From Alphaproteobacteria bacterium (GTDB lineage Bacteria > Pseudomonadota > Alphaproteobacteria > JBFXJJ01): 64,000 nt of DNA. Below are positions 1-9,978 of the stretch, piece after piece. The position numbers and the translations under genes were made by a program. The stretch is from the NCBI GenBank assembly GCA_050175015.1, contig JBFXJJ010000008.1, positions 32,001 to 96,000 on the forward strand. Direction: 5' to 3'. The first letter of the stretch is position 1; each line of letters opens with the position of its first letter. The notes under the pieces are model-generated. The model was not told where the DNA came from, ran no database searches, and was given only the letters and a program-made list of their open reading frames with translations.

Positions 1-2286
1 TCTAGTGGAGCAGATGCCATTTATTTAGGATTAAAGAAGTTTTCAGCGAGGTCAGGAACGCTTAATTTTGCAAAAGAAGAGCTTGAGCAGATAGTTTTTT
101 ATGCTCATGGCCAGCAGCCAAGGAAAAAAGTTTTTGCAGCAGTTAATACCATAGTTAGAGAAGATGAAATACCTGAGCTTGTTGAACTTATATTTACAGC
201 TGAGCAAGCAGGAATTGATGCCGTTATTATTCAAGATATTGGCGTTTATTCTCTTATAAAAGAGCATTTTCCAAAACTTGCTCTGCACGCGAGTACCCAA
301 ATGGCGGTTCATAGTAGCGCAGGTTGCAGAGTTTTAAAAAAACTAGGATTCGAGAGAGTTGTTTTAGCTAGAGAGCTTACGATTGATGAAGTAAAAGATG
401 CCTCGAGTCAAGGAATAGAGACTGAAGTTTTTATTCACGGAGCTTTATGCTACAGTTATAGCGGTTTATGTCTTTATTCTGCAATGTGTTATGGTCATAG
501 TGCTAATCGTGGCAGCTGTACCTATCCTTGCCGTGAATTTTTTTCATCTAAAAACAGCCAAGAAGAAGGTTATCTTTTTTCTATGATGGATCTCGCTCTT
601 TTGGACGATGTTAAGCTTTTAGAAAAAGCTGGAGTGGCATCACTAAAGATTGAAGGCAGGAAGAGAAGTACAGGCTATATAGCCTCTGCTACAGAGCTTT
701 ACCGCCGCATTTTAGATGGAAATATTAACACCGAATTGCGCAATAAATTGATTAATCTTGTTAAGGTTTCTTTTGGTCGGAAATGGACCGAACTTTATTT
801 AAAAAATCCTGAAAACAAAGAGGTAATCAATAAAAACACAGTTGGTCATCTTGGAACCCAGATAGGGGTTGTCGGCGCTTTTTTTAAAAAAGGAAAAAGG
901 GGTTTTATAGCATTTAAAACATCAATAGATTTTGGCAGGCACGATGTTCTGAAAATTGAAAAACCCGATGATTTCCAAGTTTTTGCTTTTCCTGTCGATG
1001 AGCTTTTTATAAGAGATGGGGGGAAAAGTAAAAGGGTTTTTGAAGCTAAAGCAGGGCAGGAAGTAGAGGTTGCTTTACCTGATGACTATCCTTTTATAGC
1101 ATCTCAATATCCTGTTTTTTGTGCTTCATCTCAAGCTATTAAAAATGAAGTGGTTTCCAATAGTGTAAAGAAAGAAAATCCTATAGCTCTCGAAATTGAG
1201 CTTGTTATCAAAGAAACAGAAATTATATCTTATGTTAAAGTTAAGCTTTTAAATGACGACAATGTAGAGTTGGCTTTTAAGCATAGTGTTTCTTTGGAAA
1301 AAGCTCAAAAAGATAATAATGAAGAGCTTGTAAAGGCTTTTAGCAAATTTGGTGATACTTGTTTTTATGTTTCCAATCTAAAACTTAAAAATGATGGCTT
1401 TTTTGTACCGTTATCACTAATAAAAGATTATCGAAGAAGGCTCGCTTCTGAGATTGAAAGTGCTCTAAATAAAAGAAAAACTTTTAAATTATCTGAAATC
1501 GCTAAAAGTTTGAAAGCACCTGAACATTTTGAAATTCATCAAAATTTAAAAGTCGTTGGAATTTTTGATAACTATAAAAAACTTCTAGATGCCAAAGAGC
1601 AGGTGCAGAAGTTATATGAAATAATCCTGTCGCTAGAAAATTTTGAAATAACAGAAATATTAGAACTTAATAAAATTTTTGAAAATAAAATTAGGATTCA
1701 GTTTCCAACAATATGTCGTAATAAGGATTATGAAAACCTAAAAGCTACAGCTAAAAAGCTTTGTTCTTTAGGCTTTGCAAAATGGGAATTTACAGGGTTT
1801 TGGGGGTTTGATGCTTTAGGGATTGAACCAGATAAAGAAAGTTTAACAAAAAGCGGTTTAGATATAACCGCAGCCTGGCCTCTATATGTAATGAATACGC
1901 TTGCGGCTAAGGCGTTGCTTGAAATAGGTTTTTCAAGATTTACACTTTGCTTGGAAGATGATTTTAGCAATAGTGAAAAAATAATTGATAGCTATCCCAA
2001 AGCTTCGACTCTCACTATTTATCATAATACGCCGCTTTTTATTTCAGCAAACAAGCCATCAAATTATAATAATATGGAAATTATTTCAAAAAAGAAATTT
2101 GAGTTTGTGATTAAAAATCAAAAAGATAGATACGAAATTGTTCCAGTAAAACCTGTTTTTATTCAATCTAGTAAAGATGAAATGTTAAAAAAAGGTATAA
2201 ATTTTATAAAAATTGATACAAGTAACAGTTCTTTGAAAATAAAAGATATTTTTTCGATAATTAAAACTAAGGGCTATGATTTATAA
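1..2286 (+). CDS. U32 peptidase-family protein (RlhA-like RNA hydroxylase), 5'-truncated by window edge
   Basis: Frame 1 is open from base 1 (SSGADAIYLGLKKFSAR...LHASTQ) into the 301..2286 ORF; U32 motifs EVFIHGALCYSYSGLC, NRGSCTYPCR, SLKIEGR; long C-terminal extension typical of RlhA-type members. Confidence 0.85.
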   Translation, partial: SSGADAIYLGLKKFSARSGTLNFAKEELEQIVFYAHGQQPRKKVFAAVNTIVREDEIPELVELIFTAEQAGIDAVIIQDIGVYSLIKEHFPKLALHASTQMAVHSSAGCRVLKKLGFERVVLARELTIDEVKDASSQGIETEVFIHGALCYSYSGLCLYSAMCYGHSANRGSCTYPCREFFSSKNSQEEGYLFSMMDLALLDDVKLLEKAGVASLKIEGRKRSTGYIASATELYRRILDGNINTELRNKLINLVKVSFGRKWTELYLKNPENKEVINKNTVGHLGTQIGVVGAFFKKGKRGFIAFKTSIDFGRHDVLKIEKPDDFQVFAFPVDELFIRDGGKSKRVFEAKAGQEVEVALPDDYPFIASQYPVFCASSQAIKNEVVSNSVKKENPIALEIELVIKETEIISYVKVKLLNDDNVELAFKHSVSLEKAQKDNNEELVKAFSKFGDTCFYVSNLKLKNDGFFVPLSLIKDYRRRLASEIESALNKRKTFKLSEIAKSLKAPEHFEIHQNLKVVGIFDNYKKLLDAKEQVQKLYEIILSLENFEITEILELNKIFENKIRIQFPTICRNKDYENLKATAKKLCSLGFAKWEFTGFWGFDALGIEPDKESLTKSGLDITAAWPLYVMNTLAAKALLEIGFSRFTLCLEDDFSNSEKIIDSYPKASTLTIYHNTPLFISANKPSNYNNMEIISKKKFEFVIKNQKDRYEIVPVKPVFIQSSKDEMLKKGINFIKIDTSNSSLKIKDIFSIIKTKGYDL

Positions 2287-2367
2287 CATTTTTGTTATCT
2301 TGGTATATATTATTTTTTTTCATATCATAAAAGGCATAGTTCACAAAATTATAAGGGGGGATGAGCT

Positions 2368-2796
2368 ATGGATTTTAATGATAAAAATTTTCAAGATATT
2401 TTGAAACTAGCAGAAGAAGCTAAAGAAGATCAGATGCTAGATATCAATAATAAAGAAAAAAGATTTGATGTCGTTATATCTCCAAAGGTTATGATTGAGA
2501 GAATGGAGATTACTGCTCAAATTGGTTATCTTATGTCATGGTTTTTTTATCAAAAGGCCGTTGAAAATGGAGAAATATCAGAGTTTGAGGCTCTTAAAAT
2601 GTATAAACCGCTTTGCGAAAGCTGCCTTTTTAAAACATGTAATGGCAGAAAATGTATAAGCGAGGAATGTGCATGCAGGAAAGACAATATTGTAACTGAA
2701 AGTTTTGCTAAGCTTAGGGAAAAAACCTCAGAGCTTTATTGCAGAATTTCAAGATTAGATAAAATGTTGAGGGACAAAGAAGCTGCTGCAGTTTAA
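2368..2796 (+). CDS. DUF1465 / RcdA-like protein
   Basis: MEITAQIGYLMSWFFYQKAVENGEIS and terminal LYCRISRLD resemble the alphaproteobacterial RcdA family; GGGGG RBS upstream. Confidence 0.6.
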   Translation: MDFNDKNFQDILKLAEEAKEDQMLDINNKEKRFDVVISPKVMIERMEITAQIGYLMSWFFYQKAVENGEISEFEALKMYKPLCESCLFKTCNGRKCISEECACRKDNIVTESFAKLREKTSELYCRISRLDKMLRDKEAAAV

Positions 2797-2836
2797 AAGG
2801 GTCTAACTCTAATTATATCGTTTCTGGAAAATTATC

Positions 2837-2871
2837 AAAAAAACCGTCATATTTTGTATGACGGTTTTTTA
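2837..2871 (+). terminator. Intrinsic terminator (probably bidirectional)
   Basis: AAAAAAACCGTCATA-ttttg-TATGACGGTTTTTT hairpin between convergent genes. Confidence 0.8.
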
Positions 2872-3135
2872 TTTTTATAGTTGATTACTTGAATAAAGTA
2901 GTATTTTTCAGTTTTTCTACGTCTAGACGTATTTAAAAACTTTTGGGAACTAATTAAGATTGCCTTTGTTAAAAGTTGCAACCTATTTGTTTTAGAATAT
3001 ATCCCCAATCGAAAAATACTTTTTTCACAAGACCATAAAAGGTCAAGTAGTAACTCCTAATTTGTCTAACTTTTCTTGGATTGATTTTTCAATCATAAAT
3101 TCTACATTAAGAACTATCCAATAAGAATTATAAAA

Positions 3136-3342
3136 TTAGTTTTCAAGTTTAAGGTTGCCAGCAGCTTCACGTCCGCGTTCAACGACTTTTTCGAAAACAA
3201 CTTTATCACCTTCGTTAAGTGATTTAAGGCCAGAACGTTCAACAGCAGAGATGTGAACAAAAACATCTTTTGAGCCATCTTCAGGCTGAATAAATCCGTA
3301 ACCTTTGGTTTTGTTAAACCATTTGACTGTTCCGTTAGTCAT
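3136..3342 (-). CDS. cspA: Cold-shock protein
   Basis: [24 protein letters not shown]1/RNP2 motifs, 68 aa. Confidence 0.97.
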   Translation of the reverse strand: MTNGTVKWFNKTKGYGFIQPEDGSKDVFVHISAVERSGLKSLNEGDKVVFEKVVERGREAAGNLKLEN

Positions 3343-3605
3343 TTATAGTCTCCATATAGATAAAAATTTAAAAATATACTCCAGTAATAAAAAGTTAAAA
3401 CTGGACATCAACCATCTTTTGTAAAATCGCTTGAAAATAGTCCGACTGCGTAGTAGCTGTTGCTGGCTAAAAAAAGCTCCTTGCCAAAACAAGATTGTCT
3501 ATAGATTAGGCTTTAAAAATTGTCTAAAGTCAATAGTTATTATCAATAAAGTTGTTTACTAATGAATAGTGTTTGAGTATTTTTATATTTCTGAACTTTT
3601 AATGC

Positions 3606-3683
3606 GCACTCGTAGCTCAGTTGGATTAGAGTGTCGGCCTCCGAAGCCGAAGGTCGCAGGTTCGAATCCTGTCGAGTGCGCCA
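3606..3683 (+). tRNA. tRNA-Arg(CCG); integration site (attL) of the outer island
   Basis: Acceptor stem GCACTCG/CGAGTGC, anticodon arm TCGGC-CTCCGAA-GCCGA, T-loop GGTTCGAATCC, encoded CCA. Confidence 0.97.
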
Positions 3684-4046
3684 CTAATAATTTACTGATT
3701 TAATTAATTTATTTTTGTTTTTCGTTTTCGTGAAACAGCCCACAAAAACCCCTTGCGGGACAGTATGGGGACAAAATTTTTAAAAAATCTTGATAAATAC
3801 TAATTATCTACAACAATTAACAATTAAACCTTCAACGCAAACTTAAGCTTTTCCAAAAGATTTAGATTGTTGTTTTTTGTTGTTTATGGTTATTGATTGT
3901 CCCTTAGTTGTCCTTTTTAATACGTATTGCTAACAATATATCTTTTTAAAACAATATATTAGTGTATAAGATTGTCGGAATTATACTCTAATTGATTTAT
4001 TTAAAAATATAATCTATAATGATGTGCGATTTTTAAAGGAGAGGTT

Positions 4047-5111
4047 ATGGCAACGATTGAAAAAAGAGAAACAGGCAAAGGGCTTCAGTATCGAGTTAAA
4101 GTTCGCAAAAAAGGCTTTCCAGCTCAAACCGCAACATTTTCTCGCTTAACAGATGCTAAGAATTGGGCGAATGAAATTGAAAGTTCTATTGTTAATAACC
4201 GCTATTTTCCAACCAATGAGCTTCGCAAAAGAACGATATCCGATTTAATTGAAAGATATATCAAAGAGGTTTTATCTAAAAAACCAAGACGAGCTTATGA
4301 TGCTGTTCCTAAGCTTCGTTGGTGGCAGGAAAAAATTGGTTTATACACTTTGGCAGATTTAACAACCTCACTTCTTTTCGAAACAAGACAAAAACTTTTT
4401 GATGATGATATTAAAAACGGTAAGAAAAGAAGCAATACAACAGTTAATAAATATGCAACGGCTTTAAATACGGCTTTAAACATTGCGGTTAATGAATTGC
4501 AATGGCTTGAAAATAATCCAATGAATAAGATTAAGAAGTTGAAAGAGCCAAGAGGCAGGGTTCGTTATTTATCAGAAGAAGAAAAAAACTCATTATTGAA
4601 TGCTTGTAAGGAAAGCAAGAATCCGCATTTATTTAATGTTGTTTATCTGGCTTTAAGCACAGGAGCTAGATATGGCGAAATAATCAACTTAAAATGGGAG
4701 CAAATCGATTTTAACCGCAAAGTCATCACTTTATACGAAACTAAAAACGGCGAAATAAGACTTTTGCCTCTGGTGGGCAAGTCTTATGAATTAATGAGAG
4801 AGCATTCTAAGGTTAGAAGAATTGATAGTGATTTGGTTTTTCCAAGTGCGATAAAACCTCAAAAGCCGATTGAAATAAGAAAATCTTGGCTTAACGCTCT
4901 TGAAAAAGCAGGAATTGAAGATTTTAGATTTCACGATTTAAGACATTCAACTGCTTCTTATCTTGCTATGAATGGAGCAACTCTAGCCGAAATTGCAGAG
5001 GTTCTAGGGCATAAGACTTTGGAAATGGTTAAAAGATACTCACATCTATCCGAAGCCCACACCGCAGGCGTTTTAGAACGAATGAATCAAAAGTTTTTAG
5101 GTGAAGATTGA
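4047..5111 (+). CDS. Tyrosine recombinase/integrase of the outer island
   Basis: TGAR, FHDLRH, LGHKT, RY catalytic motifs; adjacent to tRNA attL. Confidence 0.95.
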   Translation: MATIEKRETGKGLQYRVKVRKKGFPAQTATFSRLTDAKNWANEIESSIVNNRYFPTNELRKRTISDLIERYIKEVLSKKPRRAYDAVPKLRWWQEKIGLYTLADLTTSLLFETRQKLFDDDIKNGKKRSNTTVNKYATALNTALNIAVNELQWLENNPMNKIKKLKEPRGRVRYLSEEEKNSLLNACKESKNPHLFNVVYLALSTGARYGEIINLKWEQIDFNRKVITLYETKNGEIRLLPLVGKSYELMREHSKVRRIDSDLVFPSAIKPQKPIEIRKSWLNALEKAGIEDFRFHDLRHSTASYLAMNGATLAEIAEVLGHKTLEMVKRYSHLSEAHTAGVLERMNQKFLGED

Positions 5112-5249
5112 GGCTTAACTTAAATATAAAAAATTTAATTTTATAGTAAAGTCAGTTAAAAATGATGCTAAAGTTAGGCAAACAAATAACTAAAAACAAC
5201 AGAAAATTATCTTGTTTTCATAAGCATTTTATTTTGATTTGACATGTGT

Positions 5250-5294
5250 CTCATAACCTGAAGGTCGTAGGTTCAAATCCTGCCCCCGCAACCA
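5250..5294 (+). repeat. 3' half of tRNA-fMet(CAT), attL of the inner element (not an intact tRNA)
   Basis: CTCATAACCTGAAGGTCGTAGGTTCAAATCCTGCCCCCGCAACCA; no D-arm or 5' acceptor strand upstream; imperfect copy at 34366-34410. Confidence 0.9.
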
Positions 5295-5329
5295 AAATTA
5301 GATTGTAATATCAATAAGTTAGAAAAATA

Positions 5330-5359
5330 AAAAGCCTCGAGAATCACTCGGGGCTTTTT
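5330..5359 (+). terminator. Intrinsic terminator downstream of the tRNA-fMet fragment
   Basis: AAAAGCCTCGAG-aatca-CTCGGGGCTTTTT hairpin plus T-tract. Confidence 0.75.
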
Positions 5360-5469
5360 GCTGTTGCCGCACCATTGCCGCAACGTGTGTTAATATCCAT
5401 TAAAAAACTACCCACAAGATTTTTGACATGGGATTCTTTTATATTGGAGATAGGGAGTTTTATATGAAA

Positions 5470-7158
5470 TTACATATTACAAAAGCGATACCAGTAATTA
5501 GCTGGAACGAGGGTTCTAAAGTGTCTATAAGCAATAAAATCTATTCCAAAATAACCATAATTATATGTTGGAGATTTTTCAACGCAATCGAAATGATCTA
5601 ATTCTAAAAATTTTAGCATTATTTCTTTATAAGAGTTTATATCGACTTCTAATTTAATAGGTGCTTCAGAATGTCCTGCTTTATGGTGCAATGGAGAAAA
5701 ATATAAATCATTTAAATCTTTACTTAAAGGATACCAAAGTTGAGCAGTAGTTTCTTTACATACCCCACTCATCATAACATACAAATTTTTGTAAAACTCT
5801 TCTTGTTTTAAGTTTACTGCCCAACCAGCAAAAGTTGGTATAAGCCAAGACATATTAGTTAATTTTTTAAATACGTCTTCATTTAAACTTTCTGTTCTAG
5901 ACGTAATCAAATCGTCAAAATTATCAGTTGATATTGGATAAAAATAACGCTTAGACATTGTATAACCAAAAACTTCAACAATATCTATAAGCCATTGTGA
6001 AGCTATTTTATTTTCTCCCATCAACATTAGTAAAGACATAGCAAGTGTTATATCTATACAATTTTCATCAAAGCAAGGAGAATTAGATATTGAGTTGTTT
6101 TGTATAATTCCTACAAGCAAAGATGTTGCTTTTTGGGCAGTTTTGAATTCTGAATAGGTGTTGTTGTTTGAAAAATAAAAATGAGAAAGTCCAATAGAGG
6201 ATACTAATCCAATAATTTCAAAAACTAATATACTAAACAGGCTACTATCTCTTGTGTATCCAGATAAGCCGTCTCTAACCATACAGTGGCGTTCAATTTT
6301 AGTTAGAAACTTTTTAGAAATATCTGAGTAAGTATTCCAAATGTTTTTAAAAGATGGTAAAAGTTTTTTTCTATCTCTCTCTGAAAGTTGGTTTAATAAG
6401 TTCCAAGACCAGACAACAGCTCTTTCTGCTCCAATTACAGCTGGTTTTATATTGCCCTCATTCTCTGCCCAGTTAGTTAAAAGCCGAGTTGCTAAGTTTA
6501 CACGGACAAGAGCTTTTTGTATTTCTTTTACTTTTTTCTTATCTTTTGTAAAAACACCATTTTTATCAAAATTTAATTGCCTTTGCAGAATATTATAAAA
6601 GTGTTTAAGAGAATAATCAGGTTCACCAATTAAAGCTAGTGTTCTACGAAGATCATTACGCTCATCTTTGTCAAATAAGTTTTCATTTAAAAGATATTTT
6701 TGAATAAAGTTTGATATTTCATCAGCACCCCAGAAATCAAACTCTGCATCATCTTTATGATCATTTGTATATCCTGCCCAATTTGGCTGAATTTCTTCTT
6801 TTAAGTCCCCAGTTGTGCCAAGAACAATTTTTTTAGGAAGTCTTTGTGCATTTGAGGGAACGCAACTTCTTAGGTAAACATCAAAAATTTCGTTTAGTGA
6901 TGGGCGAACATCTTGTGTTCCTGTGTCCCAATTAGAACGACCAATATCTCCTTGTTTGAGAACGAATAAGAATAATTTCTCTATATTATCTTTGGGGTCA
7001 ATACCAATGGCAGATAAATCAACACCATTTTGCCTAGTCCCTCGTTGCGTTTTAGAGGTTGGTATAATTCCCATAGAATTTAATAAATCTGGAAGCAGCT
7101 TATCAAACTCGTCTCTTTCTTTTAATGTTCTTAAATATGTGGAAATAATTAATTTCAT
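5470..7158 (-). CDS. Protein with N-terminal Mrr-like PD-(D/E)xK nuclease domain and helical C-terminus (candidate defence)
   Basis: E..FDKLLPDLLNSMG...QNGVDLSAIG...FVLKQG resembles the Mrr_cat pattern; start taken at MKLIIS (7158), 5 nt after the upstream stop. Confidence 0.6.
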   Translation of the reverse strand: MKLIISTYLRTLKERDEFDKLLPDLLNSMGIIPTSKTQRGTRQNGVDLSAIGIDPKDNIEKLFLFVLKQGDIGRSNWDTGTQDVRPSLNEIFDVYLRSCVPSNAQRLPKKIVLGTTGDLKEEIQPNWAGYTNDHKDDAEFDFWGADEISNFIQKYLLNENLFDKDERNDLRRTLALIGEPDYSLKHFYNILQRQLNFDKNGVFTKDKKKVKEIQKALVRVNLATRLLTNWAENEGNIKPAVIGAERAVVWSWNLLNQLSERDRKKLLPSFKNIWNTYSDISKKFLTKIERHCMVRDGLSGYTRDSSLFSILVFEIIGLVSSIGLSHFYFSNNNTYSEFKTAQKATSLLVGIIQNNSISNSPCFDENCIDITLAMSLLMLMGENKIASQWLIDIVEVFGYTMSKRYFYPISTDNFDDLITSRTESLNEDVFKKLTNMSWLIPTFAGWAVNLKQEEFYKNLYVMMSGVCKETTAQLWYPLSKDLNDLYFSPLHHKAGHSEAPIKLEVDINSYKEIMLKFLELDHFDCVEKSPTYNYGYFGIDFIAYRHFRTLVPANYWYRFCNM

Positions 7159-7163
7159 AAGAT

Positions 7164-8879
7164 TTAACCCTGCTTTTCTTTTCTTACATTTATCAAACAA
7201 GATCTGCGGCATTCATAATCAGCACTGTTTAAAACAAATCTTCTTGGTAGTGTAAAACCAGATGAAAACTCCATATACCCTGTTGGTTCAGAATAGTTGC
7301 CTTCTAAAAGACTAAAGTTGGCAATACCAGCTTTTATAGGAACGACAGCACAAATTTGCCTAACAATAGATTTTTTTTCTCCTTCTTCCATGCTTTTTTG
7401 CATTCTTTTGTTTTCTGCCTTATGGAAGGCTTCTTTCATATTTTTAGACGGTTTTAACTCTTGTATCTCGGGCAACACGTCTAAAGCACTCATATAATTA
7501 TTGATAAAGCTTGAAGCATCTTCACAAAGTTTTTTTATTTTTCCATTTTGTTCTGATAAACTGATATTGTTGAGTTTTTCAATTGTTAAAATAGGATAAT
7601 CTAGACCAAGTTCCTCTGTAAAGAGCTCAAACAAAAGACCATATTTGTTATCTATAATTTCTGGAATTAGTAGTGATGAAAATGACGAGATGGCTTGCTC
7701 TTCATTTATAATAACTCCTAGACATCTTTTTATGAAAAAAAGAAAATCTTTATCATTCATATTTTTGACAATATCTAAATCAAAAATAAGATTGTTTGCT
7801 TTAGAAACCGATAATTTCTCTAATATTTCTTTTACAAACAAAACATAGCACATACTTTCTTTTGTAAGCCATTTTGTAACAAGATTAGAAATAACGTTAG
7901 GGCTTTCAAATAACTTATAAAAAACATTATCAAAGCACTCTAATATTTTTATGTTCAATTTTCTTGAATCGTTATTTTTAACCCAATTTTCTATATAAGA
8001 TATAGCTAATTCAATATCACCACCTTCCGCTATTTTCTGTAAAACATAGTCAAAGTTTTGTATCGCACCTTTAGCAGAAGGTTTTATATATAATAAACAA
8101 TTTAATAATGGCTCAAATAACCCTTGATGACGAATAGCTTCATCATTTCTAAACAGCAAGTCAGCTATAAAAGCTAAAGCCGTATCATCTTTAGCTTCTC
8201 CAAGCTCCAAAAGTTTTTTTGTTGCATTAATCCACTCTATTGAAGCTTCGGCTAAAGCTTGTATAGTTGCGTTTTTTATAGAAGTATCTTGAGATGATAG
8301 CCCTCTATTAAATTTATCCCATACAGCATCTTTATGTTTATCAGAAACACACTGTAATCTTGCTAGTCTTCCTAAAAGCCAAATATTATTTTGTGCAAGA
8401 AAATCACTACCGTTAAACACCGTTTCTAATATAAGATTTATAACTATATCAGGTTCTTTTTTCGCCCAAGCAATAACAGCTACATTGTATATTGAAGAGG
8501 TTTCTTCTGTAAGGCTTACTTTTAAAAGGTTGATAATATCACTACAGACATTAATGTCATCTCTAAGCCTAACCTCTAGTTTGTTTGGGAAGACGCCAGA
8601 GGCATAATCATTGCAAGTCTTTGGGTGTTGAACTCTGCATAGTTCGATTAAATTTTCTGCATTTAAAGATGTGATGAAAGGTAAAGCATCTCCTACTAAA
8701 TGCAATACCTGAAATAAATCAAAAGTATTCTCATTTATAACATCACAAGCAAGCTTAAAAATATCATTATGGTTATGAACTTTTGCTAAAAAACGACCAA
8801 CAATATCTTTGTTTTTTTGTCTCCATAAATTATGGGCATGCTCAAAAATTTTCTCTGGTTTTATAGTTTTATTTTTCAT
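7164..8879 (-). CDS. Hypothetical alpha-helical (HEAT/ARM-like) protein, co-operonic with the nuclease
   Basis: 571-aa ORF of amphipathic helices with no recognisable catalytic motif; tightly coupled to 5470..7158. Confidence 0.55.
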   Translation of the reverse strand: MKNKTIKPEKIFEHAHNLWRQKNKDIVGRFLAKVHNHNDIFKLACDVINENTFDLFQVLHLVGDALPFITSLNAENLIELCRVQHPKTCNDYASGVFPNKLEVRLRDDINVCSDIINLLKVSLTEETSSIYNVAVIAWAKKEPDIVINLILETVFNGSDFLAQNNIWLLGRLARLQCVSDKHKDAVWDKFNRGLSSQDTSIKNATIQALAEASIEWINATKKLLELGEAKDDTALAFIADLLFRNDEAIRHQGLFEPLLNCLLYIKPSAKGAIQNFDYVLQKIAEGGDIELAISYIENWVKNNDSRKLNIKILECFDNVFYKLFESPNVISNLVTKWLTKESMCYVLFVKEILEKLSVSKANNLIFDLDIVKNMNDKDFLFFIKRCLGVIINEEQAISSFSSLLIPEIIDNKYGLLFELFTEELGLDYPILTIEKLNNISLSEQNGKIKKLCEDASSFINNYMSALDVLPEIQELKPSKNMKEAFHKAENKRMQKSMEEGEKKSIVRQICAVVPIKAGIANFSLLEGNYSEPTGYMEFSSGFTLPRRFVLNSADYECRRSCLINVRKEKQG

Positions 8880-8894
8880 TATTTTGTAAACTCT

Positions 8895-9356
8895 TTAAGG
8901 ATTTCTTTGTTTCAATATTGTGCATCGCTTCAAAAAAGATTCTGATAATATTTTTTCCTTGTTTGTTGCAGATTTTTTATATTGTTCATCTGATATTACG
9001 AGAACTTTTTTAAGGTTTTTAACTCCTAACGAAACAAGCCATTCAAAATATGGTTTTAGATGGTTGCTTATTTGCTCAACATTTGTTTGTTGACCGTTTT
9101 CCTTCATAACTATTATTAATGTTAAATTTAAATTTTGGTAATAAGCATAAAAGAATGCTTTGATTAATGAACCGACAAAAGCTTTTCTATCCGTTTTTCG
9201 TTCACTTTCAAGGATAATCCAGTTTTTTCCCTCATTATCTTTTATTGAAACATCTGGATAGTAATCATTACTATCTGAAATCTTTTCACCTTTTGTGTTT
9301 ATGGTATAATTATCTGGTATTATATGCTCAAAATTTTTAAATTCTTTATCTTTCAT
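8895..9356 (-). CDS. Small PD-(D/E)xK-like nuclease-fold protein
   Basis: YYPDVSIKD...IILESERK motif; start taken at MKDKEF after an AGGGG RBS. Confidence 0.5.
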   Translation of the reverse strand: MKDKEFKNFEHIIPDNYTINTKGEKISDSNDYYPDVSIKDNEGKNWIILESERKTDRKAFVGSLIKAFFYAYYQNLNLTLIIVMKENGQQTNVEQISNHLKPYFEWLVSLGVKNLKKVLVISDEQYKKSATNKEKILSESFLKRCTILKQRNP

Positions 9357-9467
9357 AAAAACCCCTAGTTTTTTTAAATAAAATACCATGAAAAATGATT
9401 TAATTCTATTAATAATAGTAATGGTTAAACGTCCTATTTTTTCCTCTTTATATTAGCGGGGGTGATT

Positions 9468-9603
9468 AACCCTCTACGTCTCTACAAGTGTTGATAACTG
9501 CGACTTACAGAGAAAATAACCCGCTACACAAAATTTATGATGTAGAGGGTTCGCTTAGAGCGTTTGTCATTGGTTTTGCTGGCTTGTAGCAAGGTAGAGG
9601 GTT
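9468..9603. repeat. Cluster of GTAGAGGGTT iteron-like repeats (second, detached copy of the origin motif)
   Basis: AACCCTCTAC 9468-9477, AACCCGCTAC 9518-9527, GTAGAGGGTT 9542-9551 and 9594-9603; same 10-mer as at 29124-29258. Confidence 0.7.
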
Positions 9604-9608
9604 GAGGT

Positions 9609-9908
9609 TTAAGCAACCTTGTTGTAAGGAACAATCGCTTCAAGTTCGCTTGCTATCTTTCTTTTGGTTTTGATAAGCTCAAAATCTTCTTGAATGCCTA
9701 AAAAATAGCCTTCGGACAAACCAAAATATTTAGTAAGTCTTAAATCGGTATCTGCGGTTATGCCTCTCTTACCATTGATAATATCGCTAATGCGGTTTTG
9801 AGGTATCCCCAGAGCCTTCGCAAGAGAATTTTGAGATAATCTTAAGGGCTCTATAAACTCTTCCTGTAAGACTTCGCCAATGTGGGGTATGTCGATATAT
9901 TTTTCCAT
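9609..9908 (-). CDS. higA: HigA-family antitoxin (HTH_XRE)
   Basis: HIGEVLQEEFIEPLRLSQ..LAKALG...RGITADTDLRL. Confidence 0.9.
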   Translation of the reverse strand: MEKYIDIPHIGEVLQEEFIEPLRLSQNSLAKALGIPQNRISDIINGKRGITADTDLRLTKYFGLSEGYFLGIQEDFELIKTKRKIASELEAIVPYNKVA

Positions 9909-9978
9909 TTTGATAAACCCTTAAAAATAAAACCTTATTAGTTATATATAATACAGATAACATATAAAGTCAAGATTT

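Noticed and set aside
52-312. Minus-strand 86-aa ORF and the many other short ORFs overlapping long genes
   Set aside because: They lie antisense or out of frame within well-supported CDSs and show no motifs
3343-3530. cspA 5' UTR thermosensor
   Set aside because: Plausible from family knowledge, but I cannot support a specific structure or start site from the sequence
5250-5294. Intact tRNA-Met gene (also at 34366-34410)
   Set aside because: No 5' acceptor strand, D-arm or 5' anticodon stem upstream of either copy
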